Shown here in pieces: positions 12,101 to 27,100 of a DNA stretch of 64,000 nt; positions within the stretch are counted from its first letter, which is position 1; each line of letters opens with the position of its first letter. Below the pieces are notes generated by a model. The model saw only the letters and a list, made by a program, of their open reading frames with translations, had not been told where the DNA came from and made no database searches. The position numbers and the translations under genes were made by a program. The DNA comes from Phoronis australis (lineage: Eukaryota > Animalia > Phoronida), in assembly GCA_002633005.1 (NCBI GenBank), contig NMRA01000050.1, forward strand, positions 451,353 to 515,352, read 5' to 3'.

Positions 12101-15100
12101 CGCCGAGAACGTCAAGTGCGGCAATGAAAACGCCGCCTGCACTAAGGGAGTCACCCTGGTGGTGAGTGTTGGAAGTAATCATTGCGGTTTTGTTGCGTAA
12201 TAACAAACCTTTAGTCCTAGCAAAAACACGAAATTTACTGTCCTGTTATTGAAATTCAAAGAATAACTGTCTGTGACTGCAGTGTCACAAGTAGGCGTAA
12301 CTGTTGATATCTTCTTGGCACATACGTGTGAAGTGTCATTACTGTTCTAAATTATTTCTTATCAGATCGGTGATACCAAGATGGAGATGAAGCAAGGTAA
12401 ACACCTGTACGTCAACGGTGCGGAGGTAAAGAGCCTGCCCTATACTGCACCTGGCATCTTCGTGTACGACGTCTCTTCAGTTTTTGTCAAGGTATGTCTG
12501 TGTGTGTGTTTGTCTGTCTGGCTGTTAATTGTTTTCTTGTACTTTTAGGAATGAATTATCTCAATTGTTCAATGGATTTATTACTTGATTTTTTCAAGAA
12601 TACCATCTGTTGACAAACAGTAAAGTATAATAAAATCAGGCTTCGAAACAGACCTGTGAGTTTTGTAGCACCAATTTTAATATACTTGAAGACCCCTCCG
12701 ATTAATGATTGATGATATCTGGCAATGGTTTACTGGTAAAAACCTGACATAAGCACTCGAACACACTGCTTGACAACAGGCTCACTCTCAAACTTCTCTT
12801 GAGCCATTCACAAGTCTGCTCCACCCCCTCAAAAACATGTCTGCAACGTTGTCTTCTTGTTGTCATTTTGAAGCAATCTGCAACTGCAATTATATTTTTA
12901 ATCCATTCTGTGATGTTTCGTGATTTTGAAAATTTTTCGGTGGGAACCTAATTGAGATGAGAAGCTGGCCTTCTCACGATGCTACATAAATGGAACACTA
13001 TTGAATTGGGCATGGCAGGACATACTATTGAATTGGGCATGACAGGACATACTATTGAATTGGGCATGGCAGGACATACTATTGAATTGGGCATGGCAGG
13101 ACATACTTTTTTAGTTGTTCTTGTTCAATATTTTCTGTTAAACTGGTTGGTTGGTTGTAACAATTCTGTTGCTTGCCTAGGTCGAGATGGTCAATGGTCT
13201 CAAGGTGATGTGGGATGGCAAGTCGCGTGCCTACATCTATGCGCCACCGTCCTTCAAGAACAATACCCTTGGTCTGTGCGGTACTTTCAACGGAAGGTAT
13301 GTCTGTCACGGATGAAGTGGAACACCTGTTTTTAACTTCAATGTCAGTTTTCATCTGTGTGTGTCAACTTCACATATTGTCACTCTATTTTGCATGGTTG
13401 AGTGATGAGAAAATGATTACAATGGAATAGTTAAAATATGATATCAATAGCTACGTCTCGCAATACCTGAGTATCACTGGTTTTGCGTTATTTACCCACA
13501 ATGGTACTCTGTATGCCTCTTATCTCACATGTATCGTGATTATCAGCATTCAGAGTGTGTCATTTGTTATTAATTCAAATACCAACAAAGTTTTGGTGTT
13601 TCATAGCGAGTTGCAACTCTGGAATGAAAAAGTTGACATGTAAAAGCATAGTTTACTAGTTTGACTCAGTCTGTAAGCAGTCTAACCTTTTGATTACGTG
13701 CCCATTCATACACGCTTTTCTGCAGTCTCTACGTGAACTTAAGTCTTTGATTAGCTATTGCCACGCCTCTCATGTCAGTCACATGTAACATGATCGCATT
13801 TTCATTGCCCAGAATAGATGTTCGAATTTTTACTTACTTATCTTGTGTAAGGAGATTTAAATATCATGTGGTCTTGCACAGCTAGATTGGAACTCACACA
13901 TATCACGAAGCCACGCTCCTGTAACATTTTTATTACAATTGAATTTTTCTACCTAAATAGTCAGGTACCTTTTACACCGTGTACATTCCACATTTTGGTT
14001 GATGTGAGTTAATATCAGACTAATGATAAATGTTCATCAGTCTAGTGTCAGTCTGGTCGTTATTCATAACATCATTCACGGGTCACTTTGGATCATTCAT
14101 CAGTCTAGTATCAGTCTTGTCGTTATTCATAGCATCATTCACGGAACGCTTTGGATCATTCATCAGTCTAGTGTCAGTCTGGTCGTTATTCATAGCATCA
14201 TTCACGGAACACTTTGGATCATTCATCAGTCTAGTATCAGTCTGGTCATTATTCATAACATCATTCATGGAACACTTTGGATCATTCATCAGTCTAGTAT
14301 CAGTCTGGTTGTTATTCATAACATCATTCACTTTTTGGTTCATTCATCATTGCTGAGTGATAAGAAACCTGATGGCTGATGATAAACCTTGCATGAATAA
14401 TATGTGTTTGTATCCACCATTTTTATCATATATCATTCATACGAATTCATACAAATGGCAAAATAAATATCAATTCAGTCTTTTGTGCTGAATTGCGATC
14501 AGCCAGTTTGCCTGAGTGTGTATTGTTTAGGCTGGGAATGAGCCAGAATCGTGCTGTGCATTTTTTCTACCTCCATAAGAGAAGACTTGAATTTGATGCA
14601 TTACTGTTAATTTCTTTTCATTTTGACATGTGTAGCATAATAATTTGCTATGCTGTAATACACCACTGATGTGCTGCAAGTACTTTTTCATTGAAAACTA
14701 AATTTGCTTATTGAAAATTATGATCATTCTCTTTAGGCAAGACGATGACTTCCGCACCCTGGAAAATGATGTTGAAACTAACGTGAATGCTTTCGGCAAC
14801 AAGTGGAAGTCACATGGCACATGTACGGATGTCGACCCCAATGTGACTCCAGTGGATCCATGCGATGTCTACGCTCAGCGTAAACCTGTCGCCCACGAGG
14901 AGTGTGGCAAATTGAAAAGTTCACTTTTCCAAGGTATCAGTCAAGCTCATTCAATTTTGTGAGAAACCAAACGAATTTCGTGAGCCAAAAACATTTCGGA
15001 TATTGACATAATGTGCGAAGAATTGTGTAAATTTGACAATTAAGATGTTTTCATGCTCATTTCTAGGGATGTCCGGTTAAAATTGAATGAATTGGAGTTT

Positions 15101-18100
15101 TATTCCTTAACCATTCTACAGGAATTCCAATGTTAGTGTAACGTGGTTTGTTCAGCACGTAAATTCCAGTAAATAAAAACACTGAGTAAAAACCCGGCCA
15201 GATTTTCTCATGTCATTGTTTTCCAGATTGCCATGACGTTGTGGACGTTGAATCGTTCTACCAAGACTGTCTGTTTGACGTCTGTGACTGTTCTGCAAAT
15301 CTGAAAGAGTGTATGTGTGACTCCTTTGCCGCCTACTCAGATGAGTGTGTTCGCAAGGGGATCAGAATCCCGTGGCGTAACTCTGTCAAACTTTGTGGTA
15401 AGGCAACTGTTCCGTTTTTTCACAAGTTTTCTATGATTGGTGTGTTCATGGTATCAGTAATGGCGTGGACATAATTTGTAGTTTTATTGTAGCAATAGTA
15501 AACAATCAAGGCTTGGAATTTTCTGCGGAAACGCTGATTTACGCTTTTTTCTCTTATTCCCTCTGCGCATTTTTGTTATATTCCACAAAAAATCGGATTT
15601 GACCTGTAAGTGTAGCAAGTAAATGAGGAATACATTACCTGGTGATGTTTTGAAATAAGAAGAAAATGTGTCTCATTTTCGGTTTCTTTCTAAGTAACTA
15701 TTTTTAACATTTTGTTTTTACTTCACCATGGACTCACATTTTATGCAATACCTATTAAACTACACAATCCTCTCTTTTCGGCATAAGCAACATATATGGT
15801 CACATCGGATTCCTCTCCTCTGTTGCAGGCCTCACCTGCCCTGGTGGCCAGATATACCAAACCTGTGGCAGCTCATGCAAGCGCACATGCCGTGCCATCG
15901 CTGAGAACCCCACGTGTGCAGACAGCTGCGTAGAGGGCTGCAACTGCCCCCAGGGTTACTCTCTTAACACGAACGGCGAGTGCATTGCTCAGAAGGACTG
16001 TCCATGTATCTTTGATGGTCGTGAATACCCCAGCGGGTTCTCTGCCAAGAAGGGAAATGAAGTCTGGTAACTTGGTTCTTTGAGTTCTTGGATTATTTGT
16101 GGCTAGTAATTCTATGATCAAAAATTCTAGGTTTGATGACGGTGTGTGATGTAATTTGTCCTTACTTGCAGCTTTCATCTTACATATATCACACTCAGGA
16201 GGTATTCCTCATCACGTGATTCTGATGTCCTTTTTTCATGATTGTCTCATTGCCAAAACGCTTGATGCACTTCAGTTCTTTGTCTCTTTCCACAGCCGAT
16301 GTCGCGGTGCCAAGTGGGTGTGCACTCCAGGGGGTGATCCGTCTGACCCCACAACCCCACTGTGTCCTGCCAACATGGAGTACGCTGACTGTGTAACCAC
16401 CTGTCCAACTACCTGTACCAACATGCACTCACCTCCCACCTGTTCTACACCTGCAAAAGTAAGCATTGCGTCTGAAACAGTTGTATCTAATTATACATTA
16501 ATAATGTCAAGGTAGTCTATGCCTGCTAACTGTCTTAAAAAACCAGATGAGTGCAAAATAGTGTCTTTGTGTATTAAACATCTTTTACTACTGAATGCCT
16601 GTGGTAGATAAGCAATACGTTAGTATTTTCACTTCTGTTTTGTCATTAGGTAAATTGTAAATAAACCTTTTGCTATGATAATAAAAACAAGGGAGATGAT
16701 TCCAATTCTATGACTGCATATGGGGAAAATGACTAAATAGTATAAAGTTGGCTGTTAGCATTCTTGTTGCAACTTCACTTTTACTGTGTAATTGTTGAAG
16801 GTCGATTATTCTTGCGTTGACTTTGATATATTTTACCAACAAAAACGCCTTGGTTGACAAAGCTGTCAAAAGTCTCTTGGGAAGTGAAGCTTGTTCATTT
16901 CATGACATGGTCTCTTGAGTCTTCTACAGGTTAATTGATAATCTCTTCTCTGCAGGACTGCAAAGCTGGTTGCCAGTGTAAGGTGGGTTATGTCCTCGAT
17001 GGCACTAATTGTGTGAAGGCTGATTCCTGCCCGTGTCACCACGGTGGACGGTCATACTATGAGGGGGACTCTTTCAAGAGGGAGTGTAATAAATGGTATG
17101 TACACTTACACTATCCCTCACCTTCTTATTTATTTTGGGCACATATTTAAAGGCGTGTTCTTTCAATTAATGCTTAGGCCTTTTAGATGCTTATTAGTAC
17201 ACGGATATGCTGCAGATTTTATGTTGTAGATTTTGGACAAATTTTAGTGAATGCTGGACTGTAGGAAATAGGAGCAGGGGCAACATGACACTCAATAATT
17301 TACAGGTGTGAGGGCGAAAACTTGTTGGGACTAGTGTAGTTGTATATAGAGATTTGTCTGACATTTGGGCAAAAATTATAAGAAAAAGGCACATCAAAGC
17401 ATGAATAAGAGAGATAACATTTTCACTGTACTGGGCTCCAATAGGGTCGCTTTTGTCTGGGAGGCATTTAATGTCTTTGCATTATTGAAAAGGGCCTGGG
17501 ATGCAGAATTTCCAGTTCAGATTTATTCAAGTCAGGGTATCTGTTAGAGAGTGCATTTTTCCTCTAGGGGGGGGTCTCTCTGACAAGGGATATTGTGATA
17601 AAAATTGTACATTTTTCCATGTTGTGGAATTGTGTATGACTGACAGATAGTTGTTTCATGAAAACCCTTTGTTTGTCATATCTAGCATAGGAGATGTTCC
17701 CAACTAAGCCCAAGGTGAAACTTTATTCTGTATCTTGGTTATTTAATTTTATTTACAGCACGTGTAAGAGCCGACACTGGGAGTGCGAAAACAAAGAATG
17801 CGCGGGTACATGCACAGTATTCGGCGACTCTCATTACAAAACGTTTGATGGCAAACTGTACGACTTCCAGGGTAACTGTGACTACGTTTTAGCTCGTAGC
17901 AAGCCTGGTGCTAAAGACGAGTTCCTCATCACGGCTGAAAACATTCCTTGCGGTACATCTGGCGTAACCTGCACTAAGTCTATCGAGTTCTCCGTGGGAG
18001 CGCCAGGTTGGTAAATCAATGGGGTTGTGTTTTTATACAGTAACTCTTCCCAAGTGTTTTATGCAGGCTTGAATAAGTTCAAAATTAATTGTAGATTGGC

Positions 18101-21100
18101 GAACACTGCTACTGCTTGACATTTTTAGTCTTGTTGCGAGTTATGTGACACGCATGTGATTGATTAGTAGTGTTGACTGCTTGAGTGTATTGGTGAAGGA
18201 GTGAGGTCAGAGGTCAGTAAGAAATAATGTGTGGTTTATCAAGAGATCAGTTATTTCAGATGAGAAGTCATTGAGTTCACACGATGATGAACATACATGT
18301 ATGATGAAAAAATTACAAAAACATTTTAATGGTTTAGAGAGCTTTCTGTTTTTATTCACATTGTTGCCAAACAACAGCAATTTGAATGTTTTTAATTCCT
18401 TGACAATCAATTAAATGCTGACTTTTTTCTGGTTTTGTATGTTATACAAGAACAAAAATAGTTAAGACATTCTTTCATCCATTGTTAAGTATAATTGAAT
18501 ACTTCTTCATAAGCCACACAAGCAATGTGTCTCAGCCAGTTAAGGTGTAAACCGAGGACATGTTGTAGTTGCTCTGTACCTTGTAGGCTCTCAGGATTAC
18601 TACAAGCTGCATCTGATCCGTGGTAAGCCGGTGGAGACCCCAGACGGCTCTAACTTCATCATCAAGGAGATCGGATTATTTGTCTTTGTACAGACTCCAT
18701 TTGGTATCACGCTGCAGTGGGACAAGGGGACAAGGTTGTATGTGATTGCTACCACAGAACTTCAGGGCAAGGTAGGCTTTCATGAAACTTACCTGAGAAA
18801 GACTTAGAGTGCAACATAAATCTACTCGATATATTAGAGTGTTGCTGGTCTAGGGAATACGTTTTGGACATTACAAGTAAAACTGGAAAAAAATGTGTAT
18901 GTATGCATGTTTGTATGTATGCATGTGTGCATGTATGTATGTATCTATTTGTGTGTATGTTTTTGTTTCGTATGATAGTATTGGAGACAGCGAAATAGGT
19001 TTTTGAAAGTAAAAATGGGAAAATGTGGATATGTGTATGTATGTAAGCTGTACACTTGTGACACAAAAGTGTTGTAAACAGCCAAATAGGTTTTTGGAAA
19101 TAAAAAGTATAATTGAACAAATCTTAGTTGTTTTTGTAATGTGATGGTTTGTGTTGGTGTGGATTTAGTCGATTTGTTATCTTGTATCAACTTAAATGGT
19201 GTAAATGTGTCGTTGAGCATCTCTGGTCAACTCTTTGATTGTTGCATGTCTGAAAGTTTATGTTTAAGTGCTAAGTAACTTTAATTTCATTCCAATTGTT
19301 TGTTAAGGTTGAGGGTCTCTGCGGTAACTTTAACAATGACCAGAATGACGACTTCCTGCCACCATCAGGGGGTGTACCCATCGTGCGTGCCAACGTGTTT
19401 GGTGACAGCTGGAAGGTACATGACTACTGTGTCAAATCCAAGACCATTGACGACTCATGTGTGCTGTCCCCTCAGCGTAAGACGTGGGCCCAGCAGAAAT
19501 GTGGTATTATTGCTTCCGACACGTTCAAGCTGTGCCATGGACTTGTGCCATTCAAACCTTACCTGGACAGGTAAGTGTTCTCTTTAAAGTGATGATGCTT
19601 CTTTGAAAACTTTTTGCTTAGTAAATCTAGTCATTTTGGTGTAATTTGGACTGTTTTTGTTATGCCTTCTCAGGTTATTGACCTAGATGAAAAGTTTAAA
19701 AAGAATTCATTTAAATAATAGACTCAATGTCTTCTTGTAAAAATTGAGACATTTTCTGACCAGAAACTATCTGCTAAGTCTTATATGATACATTATCGTA
19801 TTTTTGAGATTTAATTTGACAAAATTAGTGTGGACTGAAGGAGTTGTACTGTGATTGATAATTGTTTTCATAATGTCACTGTCATCTGATTGTCTCTTCA
19901 GGTGCATTTTCGATGCCTGTGCTTGTGACATGGGTGGGGATTGCGAGTGCCTGTGTACGGCTGTGGCTGCATACGCTCAGGAATGTAACATGCAGGGAAT
20001 CAATGTCAAATGGAGGTCACAGGACAACTGTGGTATGTTACTAGTGAAGCCACCTGGTGGTCGTATTGGGAGTTGTGCTCATGTGATCAGATGGGCTTCT
20101 TTCTTGCTACGTAATATGCATCCTGTTTGAAAACTAAGTAATTTTACAGTTTTAAAGTGTAATTGGTTTTAGTGGTAATAGAATGATATTGTTGCCATAG
20201 TTGCTCATTGCTTCTTGTTGTTTAATCTATTTGAACTACAAATAGACGCCTTTCAACATAAATTGAATTGAACTAAAATTTGTCCATGACGGATAATCAC
20301 AACTGTGAGTCTCATAGTATGAATAATTATATGGTTGCATGTTTTAGCACTGTCTCAGAACATACTGTCCTACTTTAAAAACAGCCATTAAACTTGAACA
20401 TGAGTTGAATGCTTGTGAACTCATGTGTCCCTCGGTTTGCTGTATAATGGTATTATAAATGCCGCGTTTTCAGCCATTCAGTGCGAGACCTGTGAGATCT
20501 ACAACCCATGCATGAGCATCTGTCCCAAGAAGACGTGTGAAAATAAGGATGTCTACTCTTCCATTGTTGCTAATGGCTGTACTGAACAGGTGAGTCTGGG
20601 TCAACGAATCGAAAAATATTTCCTACTGACTTGTGATTCTTACAGTGACAGGTGAGTCTGAGATGGTCAATTGGAACACTTTTCACTGAGAAGGTAAGTC
20701 TGTTATACAATTGGAACACTTTTCACTGAGAAGGTAAGTCTGTGTTATACAATTGGAACACTTTTCACTGAGAAGGTAAGTCTGTGTTATACAATTAGAA
20801 CACTTCTCATTATCTGATGAGTCTTCATTATGTTATTTTTGATGTCCTTCATCTGATGTATGGCTGGTGTCTGCCTTAAGTAAACTTGTCATTGCTTAGC
20901 CTCCTAACTGATTTTTATTGTATTTGGCGTGTCCGTGTATGTTATTGATAGCTCTGAATCTTTAAAAGTCTGTTTGATAACAAAAATTTACCCCTTTATT
21001 GGTTTGTCCTCGTCCTAGGTTGTGTAATTTTGTTACGATTCTTTGCAAATTTTTCTAAGGTGTTTTGTAATTCATTTTATGTATTAATATTTTTCACAGA

Positions 21101-24100
21101 AAATCATGGAAATTTGTACCGTCTTAAAAACAATTTGTAATAGAATTTTGAGGAGCAGTGCATAAAGCATAATCTGAAAGTTTCATGAAACTGGTCGGAC
21201 CTTTCTGAGATGATATTCGGAATTAAGCCAACTATGCACATTTTTCTAGGCCACTGCATAGTCTTAGCCCACATGATTGAATGGTCCTGTCGCATATGCT
21301 TAGTAGTCATCAATCATTCGTCAGTCACTTGCTACATCTTCAGGTGTGTGTGGAAGGCTGCACTGTGGATGACTGCCCTGTAGGCAAGGTGTTCCAGGAC
21401 CTGATCAAACCACTCAAGTGCATCCCTGAGGCTAACTGTGAAGAAAAGGAGTGTGTGATCGGTGGCAAGACGTACAAGAGTGGGGAGCAGATAACTGACC
21501 CCAGCATCTGTAACCAGTGCCAGATGTGGTCAGTTGCACTTTTGATATTACTGTAACCAGTGCCAGATGTGGTCATTTGCACATTTGATATTCAATGTCT
21601 CTTCCCACTTACTGTCAAGCCACCTTGGAACACAAAAAACAAGTTTTGATTTAGACCATGTATTTAATTGGCCGCAAATTGTTTCTTAGTTGAATTGTTG
21701 GTGATTTCAGGGCTTGAACTGACAGTTTGTGTTGCTTGTGATCATGTCCAAGTTGGCTTGTCACTGTGGCTCATTGTATTAGCCAAGCATTCTCTTAAGG
21801 GAAAATGAACTATGAGTTCTTTGCAAACCCATAAATCTCTTCTCATTTGAATAATGGACAAGTTGAGACCACTTTTTGTAGCAGTTAATGATCAAAAGTT
21901 TGCTTCTTTAAAAGAACCCAAGTTTTTAGCCGATTTAACGATACATTTCAGCCGCATTGGATAGAATTTTTAAAATCATTTTTATGAAAGTTATCTGGTC
22001 AGCACAGAGTCTTACTTTCTTTGAGGACCTTTAACACATTCTTACCACACTCCATCCCTTTCATGCACTCATGTTGAGGCTGAGTTCTTTGAGGCAAGAG
22101 ACAGTAAATTATTGCAGTATATTGATAGTCTGTCAGCCAACACAGGATTTGACTTGAGACCTCACATGTAAGAGTTCGCAGTCCTATACTACCCTTTTAA
22201 AAATGGCGGAAAATGGTTCTTCACCTCTTTACGTTAGTTCAAAAACCCTGTCGTGATGCATTATAGGATAAAATTATGTGCTGAGCACAAATGTGATTTA
22301 TGGATATGGACATTCATGGTTTGTTTTATTTATTAGTGATTTGATGTTTGCAGTCTCTTTGAATCACCAAGTGACCATCATGATATTGTGAACTATTTGC
22401 TGACTGCAGTGTAACTGACTGACACTTGATACCTGGTAAAGTGTCTCTGTCATCCAATCAGTGCCATGCTGACTGCCATCCAATCGCAGCCATGGTGACA
22501 GTTGATACTCAGTTTTGGTGTACTTCTAGCTACTGCCAGAAAGGCAATGTGACGAAGAATGGAGATATATGCACGCCCAGTTTGTCTACACCCAAGACAC
22601 CAGGGCTTACAACTACAACAGCACCCATTCAGACCAAGACACCTATTATAACACCAACACCGTCACCATCACCAAAGATTACAACCCCTCGTGTAATTAC
22701 AATACTGTGAGTAATCTGTGTATTTCTTTTGTTTTTTTTTTGTTGCCACTTGTAAATTCTTAGGTTTGTACTTGATATAATTTATTGTATGACCTATCAA
22801 TGTTAACTTTGATAATATTAAATATAAAGATTCACCAAAAGGGGTCTTTATTTAATATTATCATCATTTAAATGGAAACCAGGAATATACAGTCACAATG
22901 TTAACTATAGCCATTGCACAATATCTTGTAAATTGGCGATTGCTGATATGTTATTCTTTTCATGCTGCGTTTAATTTCCATGGCTCCGTTGTCATAATAC
23001 TTTTTAAAGTATGCTTATGAGATTTTTGTCCTCAAACACAGAAAGTTTCTGTACACATTAACTAGTCCACAGTGTAGCATGCATTATTAAATGTGACATC
23101 ATCTTACGAGACAAGTCCTGTTTTGGAGAAATCAACAATGTAAGTTATCTTGAGAGAGTCAAAGCAGTGATGCAAGAGAAAGAGATTAGTGCTCTTTATT
23201 TATGACTGCACAATTGAATAAATGATATTTTAAACAGAAATGGGATTTCAAGAAACCCAGACCTTGATTTACCCCAGTCTTCGTTTCATGTTGACTTCCA
23301 TTACTCTGTGTTCCCATTCAGTTGTGAAAAGACGGGCTGGACTCCTTACATGGACTCTTTTGTGCCTTCCAAGTTGAGGAGCGGTGACCTTGAGACATAC
23401 AAAAACCTCCGTGCTAAATATGACTTCTGTGGTTATGAACAGGTTTGTCCAATCAGGTGTATACACGATAGTGTTAGGGCAGCCACATCAGTCTATAGAA
23501 GAGTTACATCAGATCTATACCTGCTGGAGTTAGACCTGAAGTATGCAGGATAATGGATAAATTTTAAAACAAATCGCAGATGCATCCTTAAAATGTGAAT
23601 CTTAACTTCCCTTTTGATGTTAGTTTTAAATTCTAAGGCAGAAAGAATATTTTTGTGTTACCGTCTGTGAGAGACAATTTTTGTTCTCATAGACAATATG
23701 TTTGGAGGACACTTGCATCGCATTTATCACAATAACATGATGAAATATGTAGCGTTTGACTTGTTTATTTAATTCCATTCTATAAATACATGTTAGTCAC
23801 AATTAGTAATGAGTTTCTAAAACTGCTCTGAGGTGGTGGTGTTTTATAACTATTAATAAAATCTCTTGGTCTATTTACACCGACCTTATAAATATACAAG
23901 AGGTCGGTGTAAACAGACCGAGAGATTTTACTAATAGTTACCACAATTAGTAAATCTCCCAATCAGTCACAATGTTATTTGTGTCTCTGTTGATAATTTT
24001 GAGGAAATTAATTCCATGTTTTACTCATTGTGGGTACAACTACGTTGCTCTTTGCAGGTCACTGCCATTGAATGCCGCGCCGTTGGTTATAACACAATGG

Positions 24101-27100
24101 CCAACTACGCTGGGCAGAACATCACGTGTGACATTAAGAATGGTCTCATCTGTCTCCACGAAAGACAGGTGTCAGGCGAGTGCTACAACTATGAAGTGCG
24201 GTTCTTCTGTAACTGCGAAGGTTTGTAGTTTCTTTGTGTTGAGCTGATGTGCTGTAGTACCACTGAATGTTTGAGTAAAGTGTTCGCTTACCAGAGTGAC
24301 TTTTTGTGTATTATATGCAATAGATAACATGTGTATTATATTGTTTTGGAAGTTCAGCTTGAAGTAAGCTAGTACATTTTGATTGCAAAAACAACTTACA
24401 TATACGACCCATTTGTATCTAATTAGTAGCAAGTCTCAATGAGTATATGCACGGAATTATAGAAGAAGACTTTACTTTTGATTAAAAAGTGAAAAATGGT
24501 AAAATCTGCAAAGTTTCTGTAAACTCTGCAAAAATGGGTTTGCTGAAATATTATTCCACAGTGTAGTGTAAAACTGCATAGAATGAAGTTACAAAGATGA
24601 TGAGATGATGACTGTGCTGATGTGGATAATGAAGGAGGAACATTCTATGCTCATTTATTGCTTGTATGTGCATTTAGAGTTTACTATATTGATCATTCAA
24701 ATACTAGCAGGCATTCACCTCTCTGTTCCTTTAACATCCTCTCTCAACCTTCTAGAAGTGACCCCAACGCCATCGGTGTCACCTACGCCATCGGTGTCAC
24801 CATCGGCCAAGACCACTGTCTCACCTACTCCCTCACCCACTAGCACCAGTCCCAAGACGCCGTCAGTGTCACTTACTCCAGAGACAGCATCACCAACTCC
24901 AGGCTCATCACCGACACCATCTGTCTCTCCAACAACTGGGTCAACAGTAACACCAACACCAAGTGAGGGCACCCCTTCGCCAACCCCAGGCACCACTCAA
25001 AAGAAGACAGTTTCCCCTACCACAGGAACACACGAGACTCCAACCATTGCACCCACTCCTAAGCAGACCCTCACCCCGAATCCAACAACCAAGAGACCAA
25101 CATCAACGGGCTCTGTTTCTACGGTGACACCAACTCCTGAACAGACGTCAAAACCTCCTTGTGAGTACAAAACTGACTGGCTGAGTATACACACACCGGA
25201 TGATAGTGCTGAATACGAGTTTGTATACTTACTGCGTGACAATGGTATCAAGTTGTGTTCTGATGAATATATCCAGGACATTGAGTGCCGTGAGAAAGAT
25301 TCGGCCATTCCAGCACAGTTCAGTGACTGGAAAGTACAATGTAGCCGCCAGAGGCAAGGCATTGTCTGCTTGAATGAAGAGAACCCTGGTCGGAAGTGTC
25401 CCGATTTCGAGATCCGTGTTGTCTGTGGCTGCGACAAGTATGTCAAACCAACAGAGGGCAGCACGCCAGAACCCACCGCACCCGTTACGACAAAGGCACC
25501 AACCACGGTGACTGGAGGAACACCCACCCCAAGTACGTCAAAGGAAGTGACCCCCACACCATCCCCCACTTCATCAACTGGAAAGACTCCAAGCATAACA
25601 GAAACCAAGGAACCCAGCACTACACCACCAACGCCTCCTACCAAGCCAGGTAAGTACTACCAGCGGTGATCATGCATAACATTAAAGCAACAAAATATCT
25701 TGACTCTTGGTGCAATTGACAAAATTGTTACTATTGTCCTTTTTCATTGTCTGCAGGCAAATATTGATTAAGTGTGTTAAGTGTGCAGTGCACACACACC
25801 CAAACACAGACACATGCAAACGCATATACACACACTCACGCACTCACACACTCTAGCAATAGTCTGCGTTTAAGTCTTTGTAAAATCCATTTAATTTACT
25901 TTTGTAAATAAACTTGCATTGTATTTTATTTCATTATTCATGTACTTTTTCTGTTGTTATCTATATTGTTCTTCTTAATTGTAAATATCTGTTTAATTTA
26001 TTTTTACTTGGTGGTCAGCTACTAGCGGCCAGCGCCTTTGCTGGCCACTCAGTCACATAACAGCGTATGTTTTTATATGATTTAAAAAATGAAAATTTCT
26101 CTCACGCGAAAAAAATTGCATTCAGTGTCATGATCATGGTTCGAGTGAAATGCCTCTCATTTAGTTGCCAGCACAAGCGTAAGGTGGTTGACAGTCACCT
26201 GTTTGGTTACAGGTGTTCCAACGGCGATGTGCCTGCGCAGTGGCTGGACCAAGTGGCTGAGTAAGGACACACCACTAGATGGCGTTGATGATGAGAACAT
26301 CATGGAACTGAGGAAGGACCTTATCTTCTGCAAGGATGACCAAATCAAATTCACTCAGGTACCAGGCTCAGTACTTTTACCTGTCATGAATGGGGATAGA
26401 ACCAATCAAGCTAACAACATTAAATGATGCGTTTCAGACGCATGTCTACCACTTTGTACCCTAGTGTCAATTTTAGTTGTTTGCATTTGCCTCATTCATT
26501 GTTCATTGGTTGATTTTTGTGAATTTTAACAAATAGGTTTCTATTAAGGAGGTGATGATAAGCGTCTATTTTCGTATGGATTTGATGTATTTTGTCCATC
26601 ACTTAGTGGTAATTTTTATTTCTCTGGTTGCGTTTTTTTTCCTGATAAGAAAATGCTGATTTGTGAATGGATTCAACAATTGTGAGGCTTGCTGGTGACA
26701 ATTGTTGTCTTTTTTGCTTCCTCGGCTGTGTCCTTATTCCTTATTCCTTTTGATGGATCTTTGGGAAATTTTGCAGGAGTTGGTTTTATAAATATGATTA
26801 CAACTACCAGCACCTTTAGGATGAATATGACTACCACAGTGACTGTACCTACCTTCTAGTGACAATTTTAGTTTTTACGATCTTGAGAGATATTTGACAG
26901 TTTTTATTGAATTGTGGTAAACAAGTTTCTATCATGATGGCGTAGCATGTATCCATTTTGGGATTTGGCATATTCTGCGCCACCTTGTGTCCATTTTGGG
27001 ATGGATTTGGCATATTCTGCGCCACCTTGTGTTCATTTTGGGATGGATTTGGCATATTCTGCACCACCTTGTGTCCATTTTTGACACTTAATACCCTTCA

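Noticed and set aside
14023-14379. Repetitive ORFs in three frames over the 63-bp array
   Set aside because: By-product of a unit length divisible by three; exons 14 and 15 join in phase without it and VWD2 is complete
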